Assembly: GCA_965248995.1 (NCBI GenBank)
Contig: CBDFKY010000004.1
Span: 169,390-233,389 of the forward strand
Source of the DNA: Rickettsiales bacterium
GTDB lineage: Bacteria > Pseudomonadota > Alphaproteobacteria > Rickettsiales > UBA998
Direction of reading: 5' to 3'
Length of the DNA stretch: 64,000 nucleotides
Numbering within the stretch: the first letter of the stretch is position 1; each line of letters starts with the position of its first letter. A program made the position numbers and the translations under genes. The notes beneath the pieces were generated by a model. The model did no database searches. It had not been told where the DNA came from and saw only the letters and a program-made list of their open reading frames with translations. Shown piece by piece: positions 36,570 through 46,932 of the stretch.

Positions 36570-38033
36570 ATGCAATCCCCAGAACTGCAACCATCCGACA
36601 TCGTCATTTTCGGCGGGACGGGCGATCTTTCCCAGCGCAAGATTCTTCCGGCGCTTTATTACCGGCTGAGGGAAGAACAGCTATCCGCTGAGAGCCGCAT
36701 CATCGTGCTGGGCCGCGCTCCCCGCAGTGATGAGGAACTGCAGGCTTTTCTGCTGGATGCCTGCCGTACGTTCATCCCTGCCGCCGATTTCGATGAGACG
36801 GCATTCGCCGTTCTGGCATCCGTTACCCATTATCATGCGCTCGACGCAAAAAAACCTGAAGATTTCAGGTCGCTCGGAACCTTGCTGGAACAAAAACCCA
36901 ATCCTATACGGGTATTCTATCTTGCGACCCCTGCCGATATTTACGGTTCCATCTGTGAAAATCTCGCGACTGCAGAACTGCGTACAGATGAGACGCGCGT
37001 GGTACTGGAAAAACCGATCGGCTACGGGAAAAAATCGTTCGGAGAGATCAATAAGAAAGTGCTGCAGTTTTTTGATGAGCGGCAGGTATATCGAATCGAC
37101 CATTATCTGGGTAAGGAAACCGTACAGAACCTGATGGTGCTGCGCTTTACCAACAATGTATTCCACCGGGTATGGGACGGGCAGATGGTGGATCACGTCC
37201 AGATCACCGTATCGGAAAGCACGGGGCTGGAAAACCGTCATGCGTATTACGACGATGCCGGAGCGCTGCGGGATATGGTGCAGAATCATTTGATTCAGCT
37301 GTTATGCCTGGTGGCGATGGAACCGCCGAACATCGTGACGGCGGACGCCATCCGTGATGAAAAACTCAAGGTGTTGCGGGCGCTGCGCCCGTTCGATAAT
37401 CGCTCCGTCACCAAGGATACGGTGCGCGGGCAATACGCGGCAGGAACGGTCGGGACCCGTAAGATGGACTCGTATCTTCAGGAAATCGGCAAGGCGAACA
37501 GCCAGACGGAAACCTTCGTGGCGATCAAGGCGCATGTGGATAACTGGCGCTGGGCGGACGTGCCGTTCTATATGCGTACAGGCAAGTCACTGGCGGGGCG
37601 CTATTCCGAAATCGTGATACACTTCAAACCCGTGCCGCATACCGTATTTCCGAACCAGGCGCCGGATATGGCGAACAAGCTGGTGATCCGCCTGCAGCCG
37701 GATGAATATATCCAGTTCCAGATGATGACCAAGGTACCGGGCCCGGGAGGGTATCGTTTCAAGCCGGTGAACCTGAATTTAAGTCTGAGCGAAGAATTCG
37801 ATGAGCGCTATCCCGATGCATATGAACGGCTGCTGATGGACGTCGTGCGTGGCAACCAGACACTTTTCATGCGCAGCGATGAGGTGGAGGCGGCTTGGAA
37901 CTGGGTCGAAACCGTTTTGGAAAGCTGGAAAGGAGCCTCTATGGGCGTGGAAACGTACTCCGCCGGCAGTGAAGGCCCGCGCTCGGTTTATCATATGATG
38001 GCGAAGGACGGGCGCGAATGGCATCGCCAGTAA
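36570..38033 (+). CDS. zwf: Glucose-6-phosphate 1-dehydrogenase
   Basis: 487-aa ORF with IFGGTGDLSQRKILPAL, RIDHYLGKE and NHLIQLLCLVAMEPP. Confidence 0.95.
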   Translation: MQSPELQPSDIVIFGGTGDLSQRKILPALYYRLREEQLSAESRIIVLGRAPRSDEELQAFLLDACRTFIPAADFDETAFAVLASVTHYHALDAKKPEDFRSLGTLLEQKPNPIRVFYLATPADIYGSICENLATAELRTDETRVVLEKPIGYGKKSFGEINKKVLQFFDERQVYRIDHYLGKETVQNLMVLRFTNNVFHRVWDGQMVDHVQITVSESTGLENRHAYYDDAGALRDMVQNHLIQLLCLVAMEPPNIVTADAIRDEKLKVLRALRPFDNRSVTKDTVRGQYAAGTVGTRKMDSYLQEIGKANSQTETFVAIKAHVDNWRWADVPFYMRTGKSLAGRYSEIVIHFKPVPHTVFPNQAPDMANKLVIRLQPDEYIQFQMMTKVPGPGGYRFKPVNLNLSLSEEFDERYPDAYERLLMDVVRGNQTLFMRSDEVEAAWNWVETVLESWKGASMGVETYSAGSEGPRSVYHMMAKDGREWHRQ

Positions 38034-38075
38034 ACAAATCTTTACCAAATCCCGAAACGTTGCTATAAGCCTACT

Positions 38076-38774
38076 ATGACGGATTATCCATTCATTTCCT
38101 ATCCCTCGCGGGAAGCATTGGCGACATCACTGGCGGAGGACGTGTCGGTGCGACTGCAGCACGCCATCACATTGAATGATGAGGCCGCCCTGGTGGTCTC
38201 CGGAGGATCGACGCCCGAGCCGTTTTTCAAGTCGCTCGCCACCCGGACACTGGACTGGGATAAAGTGACGATCCTTATGGCGGATGAGCGGTGGGTGGAA
38301 ACCACGTCGGACGATAGTAACGAAAAACTGCTGCGAAAGTATTTTGAAACAACGGGTGCAACGCTTCTCTCTCTGGCGCCCGCTCACAAGGGCGAATCCT
38401 TGCAGGCAGGCTGCAAACGTATCGCGCAGACACTCGATATATTGCCTTCGCCGCTGGATGTCGTGATTCTGGGCATGGGTGAAGACGGCCATACCGCGTC
38501 CTTGTTCCCGCATCATCCCGATCTTGAGGAAGGCCTGAATCCGGCACAGCAGGAATTATGCCTTGCCATCACCGGTTCTCCCAAACCGCCTTCCAACCGC
38601 ATTACCCTGACCGCTCGCCTGCTGCTCGACTGTAATCATCTGTTCCTGCACATTACGGGAGAAGCGAAGAAGGCGGTGTATGAACGGGCGCTGAAGGAAG
38701 ATGAATATACGCTGCCGATCGCGGCATTCATCACGCAGCCTTACACTCCACTTATCACCTATTGGGCACCTTGA
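38076..38774 (+). CDS. pgl: 6-phosphogluconolactonase
   Basis: 232-aa ORF with [15 protein letters not shown] and [14 protein letters not shown]. Confidence 0.9.
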   Translation: MTDYPFISYPSREALATSLAEDVSVRLQHAITLNDEAALVVSGGSTPEPFFKSLATRTLDWDKVTILMADERWVETTSDDSNEKLLRKYFETTGATLLSLAPAHKGESLQAGCKRIAQTLDILPSPLDVVILGMGEDGHTASLFPHHPDLEEGLNPAQQELCLAITGSPKPPSNRITLTARLLLDCNHLFLHITGEAKKAVYERALKEDEYTLPIAAFITQPYTPLITYWAP

Positions 38775-38776
38775 CC

Positions 38777-40606
38777 ATGACCCATCCTACACTGCTTGCC
38801 GTAACGGAAAGGATTAAGAAACGCAGCACCCGCTCACGCGCCGCATACCTTGACGCCATGAGACACATGGCGGAAAAGTTTCCGCAGCGCGGGGTGCTTT
38901 CCTGCGGGAATCTGGCGCATGGTTTCGCGGTGTGCGATGCGTCGGATAAGGAAAAACTGAAAGGAGCGACTCCGAATATCGGGATCGTGACGGCGTATAA
39001 CGATATGCTGTCCGCGCACCATCCGTACAAGGATTATCCCGACCAGATCAAGGCGACCGCCCATGCGTTCGGGGCAGTGGCCCAAGTGGCCGGCGGTACC
39101 CCCGCCATGTGCGACGGGGTGACGCAGGGGCAGGCGGGAATGGAATTTTCCCTGTTCAGCCGGGACGTCATCGCGCTCTCCACCGTTATCGCCATGTCGC
39201 ATAACATGTTCGACGCGGCGATGTATCTGGGTATCTGCGACAAGATCGTGCCGGGCCTGCTCATGGGAGCGCTGCAGTTCGGATATCTGCCTTCCATCTT
39301 CGTTCCCGCGGGGCCGATGCCTTCGGGATTGCCGAACAAGGAGAAAGTCCGGGTCCGCGAGCAGTACGCCAAGGGAGAGATCGGCCGTGACGTCATGCTG
39401 GAGGCGGAATCCGCTTCCTATCATTCGCCGGGCACCTGCACGTTTTACGGTACGGCCAACAGTAACCAGATGATGGTGGAGATTATGGGGCTGCAGCTCC
39501 CGTCTTCTTCTTTCGTCAATCCGGGCATCCCCTTACGTGAAGCGCTGACCGCAGAAGCGACGCGGTGCGTTCTTGCTAACCTGCAGGGGGGCGAACAATA
39601 TATTCCCCTGCATGATATCATCGATGAAAAAGCGATCGTCAACGGCCTGATCGGCTTGATGGCCACGGGAGGATCGACCAACCATACCATCCATTTCATC
39701 GCGATCGCGCGCGCGGCGGGGATTATCATCGACTGGGGAGATTTTGATGACCTCTCCCATGTCATTCCGCTGCTTTGCCGTATTTATCCCAACGGTGAAG
39801 CGGACGTCAATCATTTCCACGCCGCTGGCGGGATGCCGGTGCTTATTCGCACTCTCCTTTCCCACGGTTTGCTGCATGAAGAGGTGACGACCATTTTGGG
39901 TAGGGGACTGCATCGCTTCACCGTGGAAGCCGAACTACAGAGCGATGTTCTGAAATGGAAATCCTGTCCCGAAGTTTCCGCGAATCCGCTGGTTCTGACC
40001 AGCGTGGATACGCCATTTCGTGCTGATGGAGGAACCAGGCTGCTGAGAGGTAATCTGGGCCGTTCCGTGATGAAAACCTCTGCGGTTGCCCTCGAACATC
40101 AGATCGTGGAAGCGCCTGCACGGGTGTTCACATCGCAGGACGCATTGACGGAGGCATTCAAGGCCGGTGAGCTGGGGGGAGACATGGTGGCGGTAGTCAT
40201 TGGTCAGGGACCTAAGGCGAAAGGGATGCCGGAACTGCATAAGCTGACGCCGTCGCTCGGCGTGCTGCAGAATATGGGATTCAAGGTGGCGCTCGTCACG
40301 GACGGACGCATGTCCGGTGCGTCCGGCAAAGTTCCGGCAGCTATACATGTGTCGCCCGAAGTGCTGGCGGGCGGTGAGCTCGGAAAAGTGCGCGACGGCG
40401 ATATCATCCGTCTGGACGCGGTGGCAGGAACGCTCGACGCGCTGGTGGATGCGGAAGAATGGGCCGGTCGCACATCTTACCCTTTGCCCCCGGAATCGGA
40501 ACCTTACCATCTGGGGCGGATGCTGTTCGCCAGCGCCCGCGCGACCGTCAGTTCGGCGGAAGAAGGGGCAAGTTTCATTTTACCCGATTACTCACAAAAG
40601 GATTGA
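38777..40606 (+). CDS. edd: Phosphogluconate dehydratase (Entner-Doudoroff)
   Basis: ORF 38762..40606, with the start set at ATG 38777 (MTHPTLL), 2 nt after the pgl stop. It has the IlvD/Edd family motifs [27 protein letters not shown] and the expected length. Confidence 0.92.
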   Translation: MTHPTLLAVTERIKKRSTRSRAAYLDAMRHMAEKFPQRGVLSCGNLAHGFAVCDASDKEKLKGATPNIGIVTAYNDMLSAHHPYKDYPDQIKATAHAFGAVAQVAGGTPAMCDGVTQGQAGMEFSLFSRDVIALSTVIAMSHNMFDAAMYLGICDKIVPGLLMGALQFGYLPSIFVPAGPMPSGLPNKEKVRVREQYAKGEIGRDVMLEAESASYHSPGTCTFYGTANSNQMMVEIMGLQLPSSSFVNPGIPLREALTAEATRCVLANLQGGEQYIPLHDIIDEKAIVNGLIGLMATGGSTNHTIHFIAIARAAGIIIDWGDFDDLSHVIPLLCRIYPNGEADVNHFHAAGGMPVLIRTLLSHGLLHEEVTTILGRGLHRFTVEAELQSDVLKWKSCPEVSANPLVLTSVDTPFRADGGTRLLRGNLGRSVMKTSAVALEHQIVEAPARVFTSQDALTEAFKAGELGGDMVAVVIGQGPKAKGMPELHKLTPSLGVLQNMGFKVALVTDGRMSGASGKVPAAIHVSPEVLAGGELGKVRDGDIIRLDAVAGTLDALVDAEEWAGRTSYPLPPESEPYHLGRMLFASARATVSSAEEGASFILPDYSQKD

Positions 40607-40609
40607 GCT

Positions 40610-41563
40610 ATGAATTATTACCTGGTGGCTGATATCGGCGGCACCAATTCCCGTTTCGCCGTGTGTAGAAACGAAACGGTGGAGATGGAAGAGACGCGCA
40701 AATATCCCAATGCGGATTTCGCATCGCTTGGGGACGTCATCGCCCGTTATCTGGAGGATATCGGCGATATTAAAGTCAGTTCCGCCTGTCTCGCCGTGGC
40801 GGGGCCCGCGCACCATGACCATGTGCAGCTGACTAATATCGACTGGAAGTTTTCCGTCTCGGACTACCAGCGGCGTTTCGGGTGGAAACGGTTGCTGCTG
40901 ACCAATGATTTCACGGCGCTCGCCATGTCGGTACCGTATCTCAAAGCGGACAGCATCCATCAGATCGGTACCGGAACCGCAGTGGCGAAAATGCCGATCA
41001 GCGTCGTAGGCCCGGGTACCGGACTCGGTGTTTCCGGCCTTGTCTGGCATGGTCAGGGATGGACGGCGTTGCAGGGAGAAGGTGGGAACGTCGATTTTAC
41101 GGCTACGACGGATGAGGAAATCACTTTACTACAGGATGCGAAAAAAGAATCCGACTACGTGCGTGCGGAAGATTTCATTTCAGGGCGTGGCCTGACGTAC
41201 CTGCATGATCTTCGCCTGAGATTGCACGGCCAGCAGCCCGTCCATCTCAAGGCGGAGGAAATTACCCTGCAGTCCAAGCAACCGGACGGCAAATTCTGTT
41301 ACGATACGCTGACATTATTCTGCGGAATGCTCGGCAGTTTTGCCGGTAATCAGGCGTTGACGCTCGGGGCGTTCGGCGGAGTGTATATCGGAGGAGGGGT
41401 GGCCCCTCAACTGGAAGAAATTCTGCACGTAAGTCCATTTCGCGCCCGGTTTGAAGCGCGCGGGAAATTTACGGACTACATCAAGGATATTCCTACCTTC
41501 CTGCTGCTGGCACACAGTAAGAACGCGCTGGTCGGAGCAGCGGCCTTGCTGATGCATACGTAG
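40610..41563 (+). CDS. glk: Glucokinase
   Basis: 317-aa ORF with LVADIGGTNSRFA, TNDF.ALA, GPGTGLG and GGVYIGGGV. Confidence 0.9.
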   Translation: MNYYLVADIGGTNSRFAVCRNETVEMEETRKYPNADFASLGDVIARYLEDIGDIKVSSACLAVAGPAHHDHVQLTNIDWKFSVSDYQRRFGWKRLLLTNDFTALAMSVPYLKADSIHQIGTGTAVAKMPISVVGPGTGLGVSGLVWHGQGWTALQGEGGNVDFTATTDEEITLLQDAKKESDYVRAEDFISGRGLTYLHDLRLRLHGQQPVHLKAEEITLQSKQPDGKFCYDTLTLFCGMLGSFAGNQALTLGAFGGVYIGGGVAPQLEEILHVSPFRARFEARGKFTDYIKDIPTFLLLAHSKNALVGAAALLMHT

Positions 41564-41570
41564 GCAGGCT

Positions 41571-42095
41571 TTATTTATAGCGGTCAATCGCTTCCTGCAA
41601 AAGTGCGATAGCTTTCTCCTTGCCTTGCCATCCAGTGATTTTCACCCATTTGCCTTTTTCCAGATCTTTATAATGTTCGAAGAAATGCTGGATCTGGTCA
41701 AGCAATATGGTGGGAAGGTCCGTATATTCCGCTATATTCTCATAATAGGGATGGGTCTTGGTGACCGGTACCGCCAGAATTTTTTCATCTTTTCCACCGT
41801 CATCCTCCATCATCAGCACGCCTACGGGACGGGCCGCCACTACGGCGCCTGAGAGAATCGGGGCAGTGGTCAATACCAGTACGTCGGCGGGATCACCGTC
41901 GCCGGAGAGCGTGTGGGGGACGAATCCGTAATTGCAGGGATAATACATCGCCGTATGCACGAACCGGTCGACGAACAGGGCGCCGGAATCCTTATCCAGT
42001 TCATATTTTACCGGGCTGGAGCCCATCGGCACTTCGATAATTACGTTGATTTCATGAGGAGCGTTTTTGCCGGTGGAAATATGTTCCAGATTCAT
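41571..42095 (-). CDS. ppa: Inorganic pyrophosphatase (family I)
   Basis: ORF 41571..42152, with the start set at MNLEHISTGKN (ATG 42095). It contains VIIEVP, KYELDK..G.LFVDRF, YPCNYGF.P.T and DGDPADVLVL. Confidence 0.93.
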   Translation of the reverse strand: MNLEHISTGKNAPHEINVIIEVPMGSSPVKYELDKDSGALFVDRFVHTAMYYPCNYGFVPHTLSGDGDPADVLVLTTAPILSGAVVAARPVGVLMMEDDGGKDEKILAVPVTKTHPYYENIAEYTDLPTILLDQIQHFFEHYKDLEKGKWVKITGWQGKEKAIALLQEAIDRYK

Positions 42096-42129
42096 GGGTA
42101 GACCTTTTGTAAGTGAATAATTCCATGTA

Positions 42130-43005
42130 TCAAGCTGCGAGGTAAGATGCAAGGGCGGCCTGCACGCCTTCCTGCCACTCCGGCAACGTAATCCCGAAAC
42201 TTTCCCGCAGTTTGCCGCAATCCAGCCGTGAATTCAAGGGACGCGTAGCAGGGGTAGGGTATGCATCGGAAGGGATAGGGTGGCAGTCCGCTACCGCGAG
42301 GCTTAACCCCGCGCGGCGGGCGTCTGCGAAAATAGCGGAGGCGAAACCGTGCCAGCTGGTCTCGCCCGCATTGCACATATGATAAATACCGGAAGGAAAC
42401 GGCGCATGAGCCTGCGCCTTTTCCAGCGCTACCGCCGTGGCCTTTGCAAGATGGGGGGCGTAGGAAGGCGCACCGATCTGGTCCGCTACGACGGAAAGCG
42501 CGCTTCTTTCCCGGCCGAGTCTGAGCATCGTAGTGAAAAAGTTTTTTCCTGTCGCATCAAATACCCATGACGTGCGGAAAATGAGATGCTTGCCGCTTAC
42601 GGCTATGATCGCCTCCTCACCGGCACGTTTGCTTTTCCCATAGACGTTGAGTGGGGCACATATCGCCGATTCCTTGCGGGGCGCATCGCCTGAACCGTCA
42701 AACACATAATCGGTGGAGTAATGGACGAGCGGAATCGAGCGTTCCTTCGCCAGTTGTGCCAACATTGCCGGAGCGTGGGCATTTACCTGATAGGCCAGCG
42801 CTTCTTCCGTTTCGGCCTTGTCCACCTGCGTGTAGGCTACGGCATTGATGATCGCGGATGGATTGACCCGGTCGATTAGTTTTTGAAAACCGTCCGGCTT
42901 CGTGAAGTCCGCTTCTTCCCTGCCTGCATAATATGCGCCGTTTTCAAACACGGAGACGAACGCGCGGGCCACTTGTCCGTTCCTGCCAAACACCAGGACG
43001 GTCAC
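42130..43005 (-). CDS. rfbD: dTDP-4-dehydrorhamnose reductase
   Basis: 291-aa ORF with VLVFGRNGQVA, INAVAYTQVDKAE, HYSTDYVFDG, YGKSK and FRTSWVF. Confidence 0.88.
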   Translation of the reverse strand: MTVLVFGRNGQVARAFVSVFENGAYYAGREEADFTKPDGFQKLIDRVNPSAIINAVAYTQVDKAETEEALAYQVNAHAPAMLAQLAKERSIPLVHYSTDYVFDGSGDAPRKESAICAPLNVYGKSKRAGEEAIIAVSGKHLIFRTSWVFDATGKNFFTTMLRLGRERSALSVVADQIGAPSYAPHLAKATAVALEKAQAHAPFPSGIYHMCNAGETSWHGFASAIFADARRAGLSLAVADCHPIPSDAYPTPATRPLNSRLDCGKLRESFGITLPEWQEGVQAALASYLAA

Positions 43006-44996
43006 TGAATGATTTCCTTTAACGTCTTGGCATGTGTGGTGCGATTCTTGATCGGAACGATGATCAGAGTGCGCCCCATCGTGTGCAGGCGGCGCTGCAT
43101 GATATAGGCCGTCTGGTTATGCAGCATCTGGGTGATCATGTCATCGTCATCGGCGATGAATTTCGTTGCGAAGAACACCGCGTTCGGAAAGCGGTCGGAC
43201 ACTTTTTTCGACAGTTCGGAGAGTTGCTGCACCACGTCCGTTCCGTATGCATGGTAGTAAGTGCTCGCCATGCCATACTCATGGCAGAAATCCACGTATC
43301 CTTTCAGGGTTTTCTTGGTATCGCGCCGCAAGTTGTTCCATTTCTGCTGATCGACGAATTCTTCCGTATCGATCTCTCCGACGCTGACGAACACGAAGTT
43401 ATGAAACATCTGCGGAAAATTCTCGGTGACCCAGAGCAGTGAATACATACCCGTCGCCGAGGTTTCACTGGTAAGAAATACCGCCGTGGGTTTGGAACTG
43501 TCCAGTTTTTCCATGCCGTGTGATGCAGGACAGATTTTATGGATCATGTCGGCGATATCGCGCTCGTTCGTCTCGATCTGCTGTTGCACCACGCTGTAAT
43601 GATGCTTCACTTTCAAACCGATACTGACCAGTACGCTGGTGAGCAGCAGCGTCATCCATCCGCCGGTCGTGAATTTTTCCAGCACGGTAGTGACCAGAAT
43701 ACCGAAACAGACCAGCGTGCCGAGCAGGGGGACGATCAGTTTGCCGTAATTCCTGTTCATCCAGCGGTAACGCACGATTCCTGCCAAAGACAGCGTGAAC
43801 GTGACGAATACGTTGATCGAATAGAGCACGACAAGGATATGGACGGTTCCCCCGGTGATCAGCAGCGCGGAAATGGCTGTGACTCCCATCAGCACGACAC
43901 CGTTTTTCGTCACCAGACGGCTGGAGAGCGAACTGAACATATGCGGCATCCAGCGGTCCACCGCCATATTAGCCAGTACGGCGGGGCCTGCGATGAAGCC
44001 CGTATTACCGGCCACGAACAACAGTCCGGCGGTCAGCAGCATGACGATGGTGACCAAGGGATGCGAGATGTTTATTCCACCGACTGTCCAGTTCTGCGTG
44101 ATGAGGGAAAATGCCGTGGCGTTCATCGTCTCACCGTTTACCCGCTCCACTTCCCATAACAGGTAGAGCATGATAATGCCCATCGCCATGAAGGCGAGGG
44201 ACGCGGCGATACATAACATGGTGATCCGGCCGGTTCGTACTCGCGGTTCCGCCAGGTTATGCATGCTGTTGGAAACGGCCTCCAGCCCCGTGTAGGTTCC
44301 GCCACCCATCGAAAATGCCTTGAAAAACAGGGAAAGGACGGCAAACCAGCCCCATTGGTCCGCCATATGCTGCGCATCATGCACGGCGTTGGGGACGATA
44401 TGCGAAATGCCTGAAAGGCGGGAGGAAATACCGTAGACGATCAGGCTGATGTAACTCACCATGAAACCAAGAAAAATCGGCATCAGGATCTTGATGGATT
44501 CCTTCATCCCACGCAGATTAAGCTGCACAAGCAGCAGAACCAGCCCGATTTCCAGAATCAATTTGTAAGGTTGCCACTCCGGCGGCAGCACGCTGAAAAA
44601 AGAATCCACGGCGCTGGCCAGTGATATGGCGATAGTCAGGATATAGTCGATGATCAGGGCGGAACCGGCGACAAGCCCGGCGCGGGGGCCGATCAACGTG
44701 GAAGCGACGCGGTATCCTCCGCCGCCATGGGGAAACAGTTCGATCACCTGCATGTAGGCGAAAGCGATCAGAAACACGGTGAAACCCGTGGCGACCGCCA
44801 GGAATACCGCCAGTTGCGTATGGAAACCGAGTGCCGCGAACGCCTCTTCAGGGCCGTAAGCCGAAGAGGAAATACCGTCGGCGCCAAGACCGATCCACGC
44901 AAAGAAAGCGACCAGCGCCATATGCTGGCGTACATTCTGTGCGAACGGGTCCAGTGGTTTGCCGATGAAAAAATGCTGAAGACGTTTTCGATTCAT
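43002..44996 (-). CDS. APC-superfamily transporter with a roughly 200-aa cytoplasmic C-terminal domain (KimA-like; possible K+/H+ symporter)
   Basis: 664-aa ORF with the N-terminal pattern FFIGKPL.., GADGISSSAYGPEE, FPHGGGGYRVAS..GPRAGLVAGSALIIDYILTIAIS, 12 or more TM segments and then a soluble domain. The pattern matches my recollection of B. subtilis KimA (YdaO). Confidence 0.65.
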   Translation of the reverse strand: MNRKRLQHFFIGKPLDPFAQNVRQHMALVAFFAWIGLGADGISSSAYGPEEAFAALGFHTQLAVFLAVATGFTVFLIAFAYMQVIELFPHGGGGYRVASTLIGPRAGLVAGSALIIDYILTIAISLASAVDSFFSVLPPEWQPYKLILEIGLVLLLVQLNLRGMKESIKILMPIFLGFMVSYISLIVYGISSRLSGISHIVPNAVHDAQHMADQWGWFAVLSLFFKAFSMGGGTYTGLEAVSNSMHNLAEPRVRTGRITMLCIAASLAFMAMGIIMLYLLWEVERVNGETMNATAFSLITQNWTVGGINISHPLVTIVMLLTAGLLFVAGNTGFIAGPAVLANMAVDRWMPHMFSSLSSRLVTKNGVVLMGVTAISALLITGGTVHILVVLYSINVFVTFTLSLAGIVRYRWMNRNYGKLIVPLLGTLVCFGILVTTVLEKFTTGGWMTLLLTSVLVSIGLKVKHHYSVVQQQIETNERDIADMIHKICPASHGMEKLDSSKPTAVFLTSETSATGMYSLLWVTENFPQMFHNFVFVSVGEIDTEEFVDQQKWNNLRRDTKKTLKGYVDFCHEYGMASTYYHAYGTDVVQQLSELSKKVSDRFPNAVFFATKFIADDDDMITQMLHNQTAYIMQRRLHTMGRTLIIVPIKNRTTHAKTLKEIIQ

Positions 44997-45088
44997 GCTT
45001 TTTTAGATGCTCTTGGAATAATGAAATGCGCTTATGCATCCGATATTTCCAGTACGGGTAGTGTATATGGGGTGTTTCATAGAATGTT

Positions 45089-46000
45089 TCAATCTATGTC
45101 GACGAAGGCGGTGGTGTCGTCCGCCACGCTGAATAGATATGCTCCGTAAGTTCCATTTGCTTTGCGGCGTGGCTGTCCTGTTCGCTCCGCCAGTGAGAGT
45201 AGCGCTTCTTTGCTAATATACCCTTTACGGTAGGCGATTTCTTCGATGCAAGCGATTTTCTGGCCCTGGCGCGCTTCGATCGTATGCACGAACTGACCGG
45301 CGGCGAGCAGGGATTCGAACGTGCCGGTATCCAGCCAGGCGATTCCCCTACCCATCAGTTCGACGTTCAGGTTACCTGCTTCCAGATATGCCTGGTTTAC
45401 GTCCGTGATTTCCAATTCACCCCTTGCCGAAGGCGTGATCCGTCTGGCGATATTCACGACGTCCGCATCGTAAAAATAGAGCCCCGTTACCGCCCAGGAC
45501 GATTTCGGTTCTTTCGGTTTTTCTTCGATGGAAAGCGCTTTTCCCTCTTTATTGAATTCTACTACTCCATACCGTTCCGGGTCATGGACGTGGTACGCGA
45601 ATACGGTGGCGCCTTTCGTCAACGTTCCCGCCACATGCTCCGTTTTACCGGTCAAATGGTGTCCGTAGAAAATATTGTCTCCCAGAATGAGGCACACCGG
45701 CGAATTTCCGATGAATTCCTCGCCCAGGATAAATGCCTGTGCGATTCCTTCCGGTTTAGGCTGTGCTTTATAGTGAAGCGAAAGACCGATCTGGCTGCCG
45801 TCGCCCAGCAACGCTTCGATCATCGGCAGGTCGCGCGGGGTGGAAATGATCAGGATTTCACGGATGCCGGAGAGCATCAGCACTGAGAGAGGGTAGTAGA
45901 TCATCGGTTTATCGTATACCGGCAACAGCTGCTTGCTGATCGTCTCGGTAAGCGGTGATAGGCGTGTTCCGGACCCGCCTGCCAGTATTATTCCTTTCAT
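45089..46000 (-). CDS. rfbA: Glucose-1-phosphate thymidylyltransferase
   Basis: ORF 45089..46027, with the start set at [14 protein letters not shown] (ATG 46000). It contains [24 protein letters not shown] and [11 protein letters not shown]. Confidence 0.93.
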   Translation of the reverse strand: MKGIILAGGSGTRLSPLTETISKQLLPVYDKPMIYYPLSVLMLSGIREILIISTPRDLPMIEALLGDGSQIGLSLHYKAQPKPEGIAQAFILGEEFIGNSPVCLILGDNIFYGHHLTGKTEHVAGTLTKGATVFAYHVHDPERYGVVEFNKEGKALSIEEKPKEPKSSWAVTGLYFYDADVVNIARRITPSARGELEITDVNQAYLEAGNLNVELMGRGIAWLDTGTFESLLAAGQFVHTIEARQGQKIACIEEIAYRKGYISKEALLSLAERTGQPRRKANGTYGAYLFSVADDTTAFVDID

Positions 46001-46190
46001 ATCCTTCCAACCCCGCGCTTTTATCAACTTCCTTGCATAAAAGGTCTTGCGTTGTTATGCAAGGATTGCGGACGATATTCAGTATATAGGCCGTAAGGTC
46101 AGCCTTATTAACGATTTTCTATACAATTTTTGATAAAGTTACTGGGTGTTTTCTAAAAATTTTAGCAAATGATTTTAAGGTTCGGGTCTG

Positions 46191-46595
46191 GTGCTTGGAG
46201 TGGTCATCGTAGGGCATGGTGGATTGGGGCAGTCGTTTCTTGACGCAGCGGAACGCATGATCGGTCAGCAGCGTCAGGTAGAATGCGTGTCCTACACGGT
46301 CGGCGACGATATGGAAACCGTGCGGGATCAGATCGCCAAGGCGACCCGAGCAGTCAATTCGGGGCAAGGGGTGATCATGCTTGCCGATATGTTCGGGGGC
46401 GTGCCCTGCAACCTCGGCATCTCCGTGGCGCAAGGGCAGCATGTGGACGTCGTTTCCGGAATGAACCTTGCCATGGTGCTCAAGCTCTTCACCGTGCGCG
46501 AAGTATTGAGCAGCAAGGATGCGGTGAGGGAAGTACTGAACGTGGGTACGAAATATATCAATGCGCTCAGCGATTTAATGAAGGAACTGGGATAA
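46191..46595 (+). CDS. PTS EIIA component, mannose/fructose family (ManX-like regulatory EIIA)
   Basis: 134-aa ORF (GTG start) with GVVIVGHGGLG (phospho-His), VIMLADMFGGVPCN and SGMNLAMVL. Confidence 0.8.
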   Translation: MLGVVIVGHGGLGQSFLDAAERMIGQQRQVECVSYTVGDDMETVRDQIAKATRAVNSGQGVIMLADMFGGVPCNLGISVAQGQHVDVVSGMNLAMVLKLFTVREVLSSKDAVREVLNVGTKYINALSDLMKELG

Positions 46596-46599
46596 ACAT

Positions 46600-46926
46600 A
46601 TGCCGCATATCGTCATCGAATATTCAGACACTCTCGCGCATACCGCCCGTGAGGCTTTGGAAAATGCCTGTCGCTGCGTAAGGGATTCCGGCCTGTTCGA
46701 TCTACAGGCGATTAAAGGAAGGTCCGTCGCATATACGCACACCCTCCTGCCGGAGGGAGCGCGAAATTTCATGCATGTCACCGTTTCCATCCTGGAAGGC
46801 CGACTTGAGCAAGAACGGGCGGCGCTCAGTAAACATATATTCGCAGCCGTGAAGGAAAACGCTGCGGACATCGACCGTCTGTCCGTGGATATTCGTGAAA
46901 TGACGAAAGGCACTTATACTAAATAA
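46600..46926 (+). CDS. 5-carboxymethyl-2-hydroxymuconate isomerase-like tautomerase-superfamily protein
   Basis: 108-aa ORF starting MPHIVIEYSDTL (Pro-1 tautomerase hallmark, CHMI-like), 4 nt after the EIIA stop. Confidence 0.65.
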   Translation: MPHIVIEYSDTLAHTAREALENACRCVRDSGLFDLQAIKGRSVAYTHTLLPEGARNFMHVTVSILEGRLEQERAALSKHIFAAVKENAADIDRLSVDIREMTKGTYTK

Positions 46927-46932
46927 ACGGAC

